Of a stretch of DNA of 64,000 nt, positions 46,576 to 62,200 are shown piece by piece. The position numbers and the translations under genes were made by a program. The number at the start of each line of letters is the position of its first letter. Position 1 is the first letter of the stretch. Under the pieces are notes generated by a model. It made no database searches, had not been told where the DNA came from, and worked only from the letters and a program-made list of their open reading frames with translations. The stretch comes from Dendrobates tinctorius (taxonomy: Eukaryota): assembly GCF_039654945.1 (NCBI RefSeq), contig NW_027362062.1:3720001-3784000 (forward strand), read 5' to 3'.

Positions 46576-48157
46576 TTTCATGGGAATGGAATATCCCTTT
46601 AACAAGGACTATGTATGACAAATGACTAAGGAACGCAATGAGGGTTGTAAGAAGCACAAGACACGTAGTATGCATCTGTAATGGCGTTGAATTTTCAGTC
46701 TCATAAAAAAAAAAAAAAAAAGAAAAAAAACCAAAGAAAGATACTATATGCAATGAAACAGTATGAACAGTTCTACTACGCTTTATGCATCAGTTTTTTT
46801 TATGCAGTCTTCAAAATCTTTACTTGCTGCTGTCACTCAAAAAGAACCTCCGTGGTTTACTTTATGTGGATACAAATCAGAATAAAAATGCTACAAAATT
46901 GTGGCACAGATTAAAATGATCGGTTATGCCTTGTGCTCTTCACAGAGGGCTGGGTAAGACAACCAGATCTGTATGGTATGTGAGCCAACATGTCTGTCAC
47001 AGTCAGAGCACTATGAACTGTATATTTCAGGTCCTTGGACCCACCGCCGGTTCATGCATCACATAGAGCGACACATGGATGTGTGAATGTATATAGTGTG
47101 GACCAGGTTTGCATTTTTGGCCTCCATGTAATGTTGGCAAATAACAGGGTCATCTGGCGCAGAGCACTTCTGTATCAGGAGATGAGCGGGGTTGATGATG
47201 TCGCGTCTACACGCACTTGCCGGGACACATGCACAATTGTCAGATATATTCTTGTCCTACTCAGAATAAGATGTGCATAATACCTGCTGATCGTGCACGT
47301 GTCCCAGGAGGTGCATGTAGATGTGACGCCATTGACCCTGCTCATCCCCTGATGCAGAAGTGATCTGCGCCTGACAGCCCTATCAAGTTAGCTACAATCT
47401 TACCTGTATAAGTAATGCAAGTGGATCGCTGTCCTTTCCCTTGAGTCCAGGTAAAGAGGAAAACGTGGCCTTTAGGTTCAGATCTGAGCCTACGTCAATG
47501 GCAAGACCCTTCTGTTTCTCGGCAGCTATGTGGGCAGACAGAAGCCTGGAATACTCCTTCAGTCGGGTGTAGGAGAACTTATACATTGGGGTCACGCTGT
47601 ACAGACTCCATTGTTTTTGGGTGAGCAAAGCAGCCTTCGCCGGGTCAAGTGTCTCCTGCAATTGCAAATAATTTACATATCAGCTCTAAGGTAGATCTGC
47701 AATTTGGGGAGTCCGCTTGCTTGGCCACTAGAAATGATGGTATAGGGCGGCACTACATATAGCACAATTCTCAAGATCGTTCTAGGCCTAGAAACGGGAT
47801 CAGCATTGTTCAGACATTTATGCACTGTGCAATACGGACTCAGCCTTATTATGGATCCATATCCTTCCTGGAGAGATCATACTATCTATAGCTGGGTAAT
47901 GGACTCCATATGATGCAATTGGAGCTTGTCCCATGCTCGAGGTATGAGTCATTACTGTATAATGAGTAAAAAAAAAAGAAAATCACCTCTAAGGGTGTGC
48001 TCTGTGGGATTTTTCTTTTAGACAAACTTCGAAGGGCAGAGCGTCGACGTGTAGAGGCTAAACTTCCGGGAGGGTACCTGGAGCTGTGAAAATGACTGCT
48101 CCTCCGTGACGATGACCTACTTTCAGGGGTAGACACCCCATTTGTAGGAGTTTGCAT
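37706..48157 (-). CDS. CENPL: Centromere protein L, complete: complement(join(37706-37780,41420-41962,47404-47655,47987-48157)), 346 aa
   Basis: KQWSLYSVTPMYKFSY, AEKQKGLA, VWTGWFC, HFFRHFKIHLSAT, ITELA motifs; all introns GT-AG, phase 0. Confidence 0.95.
38353..38506. mobile_element. 154-bp hAT MITE
   Basis: Near-perfect palindrome CAGGGTTCCCCAACTC...GAGTTGGGGAACCCTG; perfect 8-bp TSD GGTTAGAC. Confidence 0.9.
38863..39376. mobile_element. Harbinger-type MITE
   Basis: Inverted ends next to TAA/TTA; CAGCGA-rich interior related to 5232-5603. Confidence 0.6.
39650..41280 (+). mobile_element. Nested Tc1 elements: outer TIR fragment (39650-39745, 41083-41280) and inner degenerate transposase copy (about 39760-41080)
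   Basis: TA|CACTGCTCAAAAAAATAAAGGGAAC; TVKRRLR..GRVAKKKP, QQDNVPKH, SPDLNPIE; inner end GAACGGTAGTG|TA. Confidence 0.85.
41420..41962 (-). CDS. CENPL: CENPL coding exon 3
   Basis: 543 nt, AG/GT. Confidence 0.95.
42859..46567. repeat. Giant inverted repeat: arms about 42859-44823 and 45053-46567, 229-bp spacer
   Basis: Arms are reverse complements over about 1.5 kb; outer ends are poly(A) and poly(T). Confidence 0.93.
47146..47381. mobile_element. Palindromic MITE next to a CENPL splice donor
   Basis: GGCGCAGAGCACTTCTGTATCAGG / CCTGATGCAGAAGTGATCTGCGCC inverted arms. Confidence 0.6.
47404..47655 (-). CDS. CENPL: CENPL coding exon 2
   Basis: 252 nt, AG/GT. Confidence 0.95.
47987..48157 (-). 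CDS. CENPL: CENPL coding exon 1 (MQTPTNG...RKIPQSTPLE)
   Basis: Acceptor 3 nt upstream of the ATG; RKIPQ conserved; donor GTGATT. Confidence 0.82.
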
Positions 48158-48725
48158 ATCCTATAAAAGAAACAAAACACCACTCATTGTATATAACACA
48201 CTGATAGCGAAGAGCATCGAGTCATCAGATTAGAGGCATCAAAGAGTGCAAGTCTAACAATGATGGCGCCATTTTTGATGAACATATAGAAGTCAACTGT
48301 GTAGAGTTCGAAGAACTTTTATAAAGAATGCAGAGACTGAGCCGATAATATACTAAGGGTGTAAAGGTGAACCGTTTTTTGGAAAATCGCAGTGAAGTAC
48401 CCAACGCTATTTCATCGAGTGACACACTGCAATGCAGCTCAGTGTAATCGTACTATTAATTGTGCTTAGAAGGTTCCTCCCAACTTTAAAAATAATGACC
48501 TATCCATGTGGCAGGCGATAAGTGTCCAATCAGTGGGGGGGTCTGACCGCTAGGACCCCGCAAACTCCAAAACCAGGATGCTCCGATGGACGATTCCAGA
48601 ACTGGAGGTTGGACCCCAACTAATGTAGGCAATAGCTTTCAATATTGGGAACAACTCCTTCAAGTGACTGCAGTCACTCACCTGGGGGGGGGGGGACTCG
48701 TTCCTTGTACCTGCATTACTGCTTA

Positions 48726-48968
48726 GGCCTGTTTCACACTTCCGTTTTTGTGTCCGCCAAACGGATCCGTTTCCGTTTTTTTGACGGAAACTGATGCCAA
48801 CGGATCCGTTTTTTAAAAACGGATCCGTTTTTTTGACGGATCCGCGGTAACCGTAATGGAAGTCTATGGGACAAAAAAAACGGATCCTGCAAAAAATGGC
48901 GGATCCGTTTTTTTACGGAAAACAACGGATTTTGACGGATTTGAAAAAACGGAAGTGTGAAACAGGCT
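48726..48968. mobile_element. Harbinger-type MITE with ACGGATCCG repeats
   Basis: TIR GCCTGTTTCACACTTCCGTTTTT; TTA TSD. Confidence 0.8.
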
Positions 48969-49288
48969 TTAAAGGGGTTATCTGACCCTGTGCAGCAGTA
49001 CCAATGACTAAGACCTCGCTGACACCATCACAATTGCCCTGTTCATTACAGGTGTACAATATCCATCAATGATGCATGCCGCAGGGTTTTAATGTATCGG
49101 CACCGCTCACCTCTGATGCAAAAGTAACACCGGATTACCCCTTTAAGCCACTGATTGATGACGTGACTTACGTGAACGCTGCAGACAATCAGGTAAGTAA
49201 ACACAAGATCCAGGAAAGGATGACTGGAGTGTTATACTGCAGGGCATGAAACAGATCACGATTATCTTTATCAACTCCCATTTTATGA

Positions 49289-49605
49289 GGGTATGTTTCC
49301 AGTGTCAGGATTTGCTGCGGATTGGATGCGGCATACCAGATGTTACAGCATAGTGGAGGGGATTTAATAAAATCCCATCTCCACTATGTGTGCAAATACG
49401 TAGGTGGCAGACCTGTGTATACGCACATGCGGCGTGTCTTTATAGACCGCTGCATGTCTATTTATCCTGGGGAGACGCTCCGTCTCTGCAAGATAAATAG
49501 CACCGTGCTACGTATAGGATGCAGTGATTCCGCAAGTGTTCAATGGGCGGCGCGGGTATCCACTGCGTGCAAAGCGCAGCAATTCCGTAACGTGGACACA
49601 TACCC
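49289..49605. mobile_element. Harbinger-type MITE
   Basis: GGGTATGTTTCCA / TGGACACATACCC ends; TGA/TTA flanks. Confidence 0.6.
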
Positions 49606-50029
49606 TTAAGGGTCTCGCCGATGAAAACAAGGTGAAACCCTTCCCCACAGGAGAGGTGAGAACTTACTGATTTGGTGGCGGTCCGACAGGCAAGACCTAA
49701 AACTAGTTATCGCCTATTGACATGGGGGGGCTTGCGCTAATCAGCAGCTTCCATGCTCCTTTCAAAATGGATCAGCAGTGCACATGCCCCCCCCCCCATC
49801 ATCACTCCATTATCACTCCATTCAGTCATTCTCTAGGGGGCTGTCGAAAAATAAAAAAGCCAAGTGCAGCCCCCTAGAGAATGAATGGAGCGATAGGCGA
49901 GTTTATATAGAAGCAAAACCAAATCCAAGAGCTACAAATTTACAAAAAAAAAAAAAAAAATATGGGAAAAGCTTTTTTTTGTGCTAATTTGCGGCCGTTC
50001 CATTTGCAGCTAGCGCTCTGGGATGCGCA

Positions 50030-50620
50030 CAGTGCCGCCAGCTCTCCGTACAGAACACGTACGGTAAGTGTCAGTAAGGCCCTTACGCCAGGACGGGAGG
50101 AGGCGCCGGCTCCCGCTCGCAGTGCCCAGCTCTCCTCACCACCGGCGCCGTGGTCGCAGCTCACTGTACGCCGGGCGCTGTGCAGTCCTCCGCCTCCATT
50201 TTGGCGGTTACGCTTTTTAAATTTTTTTTCCCCCCCACTCCCTCCCCCCGGAAATTACCACAGCCCGAAGTAAAGACGAGGCTTGGAACGCAAACCAAAT
50301 CCAAAGAACGCGTTGCCTTTGCGCCCTCAGTAAACATGGCCGCTGCGAATGCCCTGACTGAAATGCGTTTGGGTCTAATGGGTCACGTGACTGCTCGCGT
50401 TCTAGCAGGTTTGATTGCGCCTTGGTCCGGTTCACGTTTGGCTTCACACAAGGACACCCACTCGCCCAGCGCCATGTGAAAGGTGAGTGCGGGAGGGCGC
50501 CGCTCGCTTCTGGTATTTTATGCTTCTTTTTACATGTTAAAGAGAGCCCGCCCCCTCCGAGCACAGGTTGTGTGCAGCACTGCAGCTCGGCTCTGTTCAC
50601 TCGCAATACCAAGTACAGCC
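50030..50620. promoter_or_regulatory. CpG-island bidirectional promoter of CENPL/DARS2, with putative non-coding first exons (CENPL donor at 50164 on -, DARS2 donor at 50483 on +)
   Basis: CpG-rich; palindromic E-box GTCACGTGAC 50382-50391; YY1-like AACATGGCCGC 50333-50343; outward-facing GTGAG donors. Confidence 0.75.
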
Positions 50621-51047
50621 AGTGCACAGAGGGACGCTGTTATTAGCAGAGACCACGGTGTCCTCATCCTGGACGTAATGTCCTTCTTCCCTTATAAAAG
50701 CGATAACTTTTTATTTTCTTATTTGCTTTTCAGTCAATATTTGTTTCAGATCTTAGTTTTCGGGGTACCGGCTGTAGTTTATATGGTTACCACTTTGGGG
50801 CTTCTGATCCCTGGTTTTTTATTCCATTTTTTTTGTGAGGTGTAGTGGCTGGAAAAAAAATAATGTGTGTATATATATATATGTGTCTCACCGTCACTGG
50901 GGGTGGTCTTTGTTGCCCTTCCTCATTCTCAGGCCTGGGAGTTTGAGGGTTCTGTGCAGGATCTTGGATGTTCCCAGTATTGCTCTTTTCTGGACAGAGA
51001 GCACAGATGTTACTCCTGGGATCTGTTGTAGCCATTCTTCCATCTTA

Positions 51048-51468
51048 GGCCGGTTTCACATTTGCGTTAAAGGCCGCAGCGTCGGCCTGCACACAGCCGT
51101 CGCTAAGCCCTGCCGCGCCTCCGCCGGTAGCTCCGCCTCCTGGCGCATGACGCTGCATGCGTCCCCTATCGTTATCACTGAGGACGGAGGCCGTGCGCAG
51201 TATGCGTTTGGCGGCGCCTGCGTCCTTTTGACGGTGCGCTGAGCTCAACCAAATTGCAAACAGGTTGCGTTTGGCGCTGGTCGGCGCACCGTCAAAAGGA
51301 CGCAGGCCGTGCGCAGTATGCATTTTAGCAGTGATAAAGATAGGGGACGCATGCAGCGTAATGCGCTCGGAGGCGGAGCTACCGGCGGAGGTGCAGCAGG
51401 AGGCGGGGCTTAGCGGCGGCCGTGCGCAGGCCGACGCTGCGGCCTTTAACACAAATGTGAAACCGGCC
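51048..51468. mobile_element. Young palindromic Harbinger MITE inserted in the LINE endonuclease domain
   Basis: Long TIR GGCCGGTTTCACATTTG; perfect TTA TSD (51045-51047, 51469-51471). Confidence 0.9.
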
Positions 51469-51754
51469 TTAGGGGTCACAGCTCCAAGTGCTCCTATCAC
51501 CACTGGAATCACTGCTGCCTTCACCTTCCACATCTTCTCCAGTTCTCCTTTGAGGACCTGGTATTTCTCCAGCTTCTCATATTCCTTCTTTCTGATGTTG
51601 CTGTCACTGGGCACTGCCACATCTATTATCATTGCTGTCTTCTGCTCCTTGTCTACTATCACAATGTCTGGTTGGTTAGCCAACACCTGCTTATCTGTCT
51701 GGATCTTGAAGTCCCACAGGATTTTTGCCCTTTCATTCTCCACCACTATTGATT

Positions 51755-52676
51755 GTTTGACAGTGGGGATGGTGTGTTCAGGGTGATGAGCTGTGTTGCC
51801 TTTGCGCCATACATATCATTTGGCATTGTTGCCAAAAAGTTTGATTTTGGTTTCATCTGACTTCCCAGGTGGCTTGTTGCAAACTTTAAATGACACTGTT
51901 TATGGATATCTTTGAGAAATGGCTTTCTTCTTGCCACTCTTCCATAAAGGCCAGATTTGTGCAGTGTAGTACGACTGATAGTTGTCCTATGGACAGACTG
52001 TCCCACCTCAGCTGTAGATCTCTGCAGTTCATCCAGAGTGATCATGGGCCTCTTGGCTGCATCTCTGATCAGTCTTCTCCATGTTTGAGATGAAAGTTTA
52101 GAGGGACGGCCGGGTCTTGGTAGATTTGCAGTGGTATGATACTCCTTCCATTTCAATATGATCGCTTGCACAGTGCTCCTTAGGATGTTTAAAGATCGGA
52201 AATAATTTTATATCCAAATCCGGCTTTAAACTTCTCCACAACAGTATCAGGGACCTGCCTGTTGTGTTCCTTGGTCTTCATGATGCTTTCTGTGCTTCCA
52301 ACAGAACCCTGAGACTATCACAGAGCAGGTGCATTTATACGGAGACTTGATTACACACAGGTGGATTATATTTATCATCATTAGTCATTTAGGACAACAT
52401 TGGATCATTCAGAGATCCACAATGAACTTCTGGAGTGAGTTAGCTGCACTGAAAGTAAAGGGGCCGAATAATATTGCACACCCCGCTTTTCATTTTTTGA
52501 CTTTCCGCAAAAATTTAAAATAACCAATAAATTTCGTTCAACTTCAAAATTGTGTCCCACTTGTTGTTGATTCTTCACCAAAAATTTACATTTGATATCT
52601 TTATGTTTGAAGCATGATATGTGGGAAAAGGTTGAAAAGTTCCAGGGGGCCAAATACTTTCGCAAGGCACCCACTG
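51755..52676 (-). mobile_element. Tc1-like transposon, 5' half
   Basis: TA|CAGTG terminus at 52676; paired-like DBD KWKEY..LPRPGRP..GLYGRVARRKP. Confidence 0.85.
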
Positions 52677-54478
52677 TATGTGGTGATGGGAACTGTAAAT
52701 GTGTGACTGGTGAGGATGTGGTGCAGAAGTGGAGTTTTTCCAAGAGAGGGTGGTGGGACTGTGGAAGGTTTGAGGGGTGGAGCCTGAGTGGAGTTTCAAG
52801 GGGGTCCCAAAACGTTTGCCAGTATAGGGCCCAGAAATTCCTAGTGGCAGCCCTGCTTGTAGAATGTCTGTACATCTGCTATGTGCCCTGCTGGTAATTC
52901 CACACCATCAGTATTGACTATCTTGCCTATCTTTATTACCAACCGGCCGCACTTCTCCAGTCCGAAGGACATCCCGATGTCTTCGCTGTAGATCCTTGTC
53001 AGGTGGATCAGTGAATCGATGTCTCATTCGTTTTCGCATACAGCTTGATATCATCCATGTAGAAGAGGTGGCTGATGGTGCTTCCACCCTTGAACTTGTA
53101 TCCATAGCCAGACTCTGTAATTATCTGACTGAGGGGGTTCAAGCCTATGCAGAACAGCAATGGGGACAGTGCATCACCTTGGTATATGCCGCATTTGATG
53201 GTCACTTGTGCTAGTTGTCTTGAGTTGACTTCCAGTGTTGTTCTCCATAGCCTCACTGAGTTTCTGAGGAAGGGTCTTAATTTCCTGTTGACATTGTAGA
53301 GGGCCAAGCATTCACAGATCCATGTGTGTGGCATTGAGTCATAGGCTTTCCTGTAGTCAATCCAGGCGGCGCTGAGATTGGTCTGTCTGGACCTTGAGTC
53401 TTATGCGACTGCTCTATCTACTAGGAGCTGGTGCTTAGAGCCTCTGGTGTCGGTCCCAATGACTGTCTGAGCTGGATTCATGTACTGGTTCATATGGTTC
53501 TGTAGCTTGGCGGCTATGATGCCTGACAGGAGCTTCCATGTTGTTGTAAGGCAGGTTATTGGCCGGTAGTGGATGGAACTGTTCCTTTATAAGGATTCTT
53601 CATGATCAGCACTGTTCTTCCTTGTGTTAGCCAAGCTGGGTGGTGGCCTTCTTCTAGCAGTTGGTTCATCTGCTTTGCCATGCATTCATGCACCGCTGTT
53701 CATTTCTTTAGCCGGTAGGTGTGGATCATGTCTGGGCCAGGTCCTGTCCAGCTCTTCATGTTCTTGACCCGCTGTTGGATGTCTGCTTCTGTAATGGTGA
53801 CTGGTTCTTGCTCTAGGTGGTTGCTGGGTTTCATTCTCAGATCTTGCAGCCACATAGCACTGGTGTGGTGCGTTATTTCCTTCTCCCATATGTTCCCATA
53901 TATATTTCTCACTGTACTGTAAGCTTTAGGGATGCTGCAAAGTAAAAATACTTTGGAAAACAGAAATGATAATAGTTTGTGAATGAACAAAAGAGAAATG
54001 TAAATCCCATCGATATTTGGTGTCTGTGGTCGGTGCTCTAAGATGTTTGGAACAACCTCCCAGCCGAGTTCCTTCCAAAACTGTGTGTGAGTAACTAGAA
54101 GAACCGATGAAAACAAAGGGCGGTGACACCAAATATTGATGGGATATTTCTCTTTTGTTCATTCACTTTCTGTTTTGTTCACTGATAAAAATAAACTAGT
54201 AGCACTTCTATTTTATATAGATTTATTATTGTGGAGCATTTTTTACACACCTGTGTGTGTATGTATGTGTATGGATCCAGAGATTGAGGCAAGAGAACTA
54301 TGAGAGAATTCTATATAATTACAGCGTATTGTACAATGACCTCTCTCCCTTTAAGCTCTGTCCATGGACTCACCTGTCATTTCATGATGAGGAGTCTTCC
54401 TCGTATGTGCGTCATCCTTCGTATGATCCAGGACTCATTCTATTGTTTTATAGGGCAGGACTCCGCACTGAACAGATA

Positions 54479-59166
<4,688 letters not shown>

Positions 59167-59249
59167 TAAGAGGATTGTATGTACAGACGGGGCGTAGAGG
59201 GGTGATCCGGCATTATATAAACGCACCAACAATAAATTCTGATGTGCTA

Positions 59250-62200
59250 AATGCACTGAAGCGCCCCCTGGTGTCTGATTATACAAATGAGCTGATGCGC
59301 CCCCTGGTGTCTGATTATAGAAATGTGCTGAAGCCCCCCCTGGTGTCTGATTATAGAAATGAGCTGAAGCGCCCCCTGGTGTCCGATTATAGAAATGAGC
59401 TGAAGCCCCCCTGGTGTCTGATTATAGAAATGTGCTGAAGCGCCCCCTGGTGTCTGGTTATAGAAATGAGCTGAAGCGCCCCCCTGGTGTCTGATTATAG
59501 AAATACCCTGAAGCGCCCCCTGGTGTCTGATTATAGAAATACCCTGACGCGCCCCCTGGTGTCTGATTATAGAAATGTGCTGAAGCGCCCCCTGGTGTTT
59601 GATTATAGAAATGAGCTGAAGCGCCCCCTGGTGTCTGATTATAGAATTGTGCTGAAGCGCCCCCTGGTGTCTGATTATAGAAATGCCCTGAAGCCCCCCT
59701 GGTGTCTGATTATAGAAATGTGCTGAAGCGCCCCCTGGTGTCTGATTATAGAAATACCCTGAAGCACCCCCTGTTGTCTGATTATAGAAATGTGCTGAAG
59801 CGCCCCCTGGTGTCTGATTATAGAAATGAGCTGAAGCGCCCCCTGGTGTTTGATTATAGAAATGTGCTGAAGCGCCCCCTGGTGTTTGATTATAGAAATG
59901 AGCTGAAGCGCCCCCTGGTGTCTGATTATAGAATTGTGCTGAAGCGCCCCCTGGTGTCTGATTATAGAAATGCCCTGAAGCCCCCCTGGGGTCTGATTAT
60001 GGAAATACCCTGAAGCGCCCCCTGGTGTCTGATTATAGAAATGAGCTGAAGCGCCCCCTGGTGTCTGATTATAGAAATGAGCTGAAACGCCCCCTGGTGT
60101 CTGATTATAGAAATGCGCTGAAGCCCCCCTGGTGTCTGATTATAGAAATGCGCTGAAGCCTCCCTGGTGTCTGATTATAGAAATGCCCTGAAGCCCCCTG
60201 GGGTCTGATTATGGAAATACCCTGAAGCGCCCCCTGGTGTCTGATTATAGAAATGAGCTGAAGCGCCCCCTAGTGTCTGATTATAGAAATGAGCTGAAGC
60301 GCCCCCTGGTGTCTGATTATAGAAATGTTCTGAAGCGCCCCCTGGTGTCTGATTATAGAAATGCGCTGAAGCCCCCCTGGTGTCTGATTATAGAAATGCG
60401 CTGAAGCGCCCCCTGGTGTCTGATTATGGAAATACCCTAAAGCCCCCCCTGGTGTCTGAATATAGAAATGTGCTGAAGTGCCCCTGGTGTCTGATTATAG
60501 AAATGAGCTGAAGCTCCCCCTGGTGTCTGATTATAGAAATGCGCTGAAGCGCCCCCTGGTGTCTGATTATGGAAATACCCTAAAGCCCCCCCTGGTGTCT
60601 GATTATAGAAATGTGCTGAAGTGCCCCTGGTGTCTGATTATAGAAATGCGCTGAAGCCCCCCCTGGTGTCTGATTATAGAAATGAGCTGAAGCGCCCCCT
60701 GGTGTCTGATTATAGAAATACCCTGAAGCGCCCCCTGGAGTCTGATTATAGAAATGCGCTGAAGCGCCCCCTGGAGTCTGATTATAGAAATGCGCTGAAG
60801 CGCCCCCTGGTGTCTGATTATGGAAATAACCTGAAGCCCCCCCTGGTGTCTGATTATAGAAATGCGCTGAAGCCCCCCCTGGTGTCTGATTATAGAAATG
60901 CGTTGAAGCGCCCCCTGGTGTCTGATTATGGAAATACCCTGAAGCCCCCCCTGGTGTCTGATTATAGAAATGAGCTGAAGCGCCTCCTGGTGTCTGATTA
61001 TAGAAATGTGCTGAAGCTCCCCCTAGTGTCTGATTATAGAAATGAGCTGAAGCGCCCCCTGGTGTCTGATTATAGAAATGAGCTGAAGTGCCCCCTGGTG
61101 TCTGATTATAGAAATGAGCTGAAGCGTCCCCTGGTGTCTGATTATAGAAATGTGCTCAAGCTCCCCCTGGTGTCTGATTATAGAAATGTTCTGAAGCGCC
61201 CCCTGGGGTCTGATTATAGAAATGCGCTGAAGCCCCCCCGGTGTCTGATTATAGAAATGCGCTGAAGCGCCCCCTGGTGTCTGATTATAGAAATGCGCTG
61301 AAGCGCCCCCTGGTGTCTGATTATGGAAATACCCTAAAGCCCCCCCTGGTGTCTGATTATAGAAATGCGCTGAAGTGCCCCTGGTGTCTGATTATAGAAA
61401 TGCGCTGAAGCTCCCCCTGGTGTCTGATTATAGAAATGAGCTGAAGCGCCCCCTGGTGTCTGATTATAGAAATGAGCTGAAGCGCCCCCTGGAGTCTGAT
61501 TATAGAAATGCGCTGAAGCGCCCCCTGGTGTCTCATTATAGAAATACCCTGAAGTGCCCCCTGGAGTCTGATTATAGAAATGCGCTGAAGCCCCCCCCTG
61601 GTGTCTGATTATAGAAATGCGCTGAAGCACCCCCTGGTGTCTGATTATGGAAATACCCTGAAGCCCCCCCTGGTGTCTGATTATAGAAATGCGCTGAAGC
61701 CCCCCCTGGTGTCTGATTATAGAAATGCGCTGAAGCGCCCCCTGGTGTCTGATTATGGAAATACCCTGAAGCCCCCCCTGGTGTCTGATTATAGAAATGC
61801 GCTGAAGCCCCCCTGGTGTCTGATTATAGAAATGCGCTGAAGCGCCCCCTGGTGTCTGATTATAGAAATGAGCTGAAGCACCCCCTGGTGTCTGATTATA
61901 GAAATGCGCTGAAGCGCCCCCTGGTGTCTGATTATAAAAATACCCTGAAGCCCCCCCTAGTGTCTGATTATAGAAATGAGCTGAAGCGCCCCCTGGTGTC
62001 TGATTATAGAAATGAGCTGAAGCGCCCCCTGGTGTCTGATTATAGAAATGTGCTGAAGCTCCCCCTGGTGTCTGATTATAGAAATGTTCTGAAGCGCCCC
62101 CTGGTGTCTGATTATAGAAATGCGCTGAAGCCCCCCGGTGTCTGATTATAGAAATGCGCTGAAGCGTCCCCTGGTGTCTGATTATAGAAATGCGCTGAAG

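Larger units (their letters stand above)
50870..53895 (-). mobile_element. R4/Dong-clade non-LTR retrotransposon fragment (RT + restriction-like endonuclease), interrupted
   Basis: GIYQGDALSPLLFCI, YMDDIKLY; ILWDFKIQTD..NQPDIV..IIDVAVP..KEYEKLEKY; 3' end runs into an (AT)/(AC) microsatellite. Confidence 0.85.

Noticed and set aside
51045-51786. 233-aa and 173-aa overlapping ORFs as a novel gene
   Set aside because: Chimera of LINE endonuclease sequence and a GC-rich palindromic MITE
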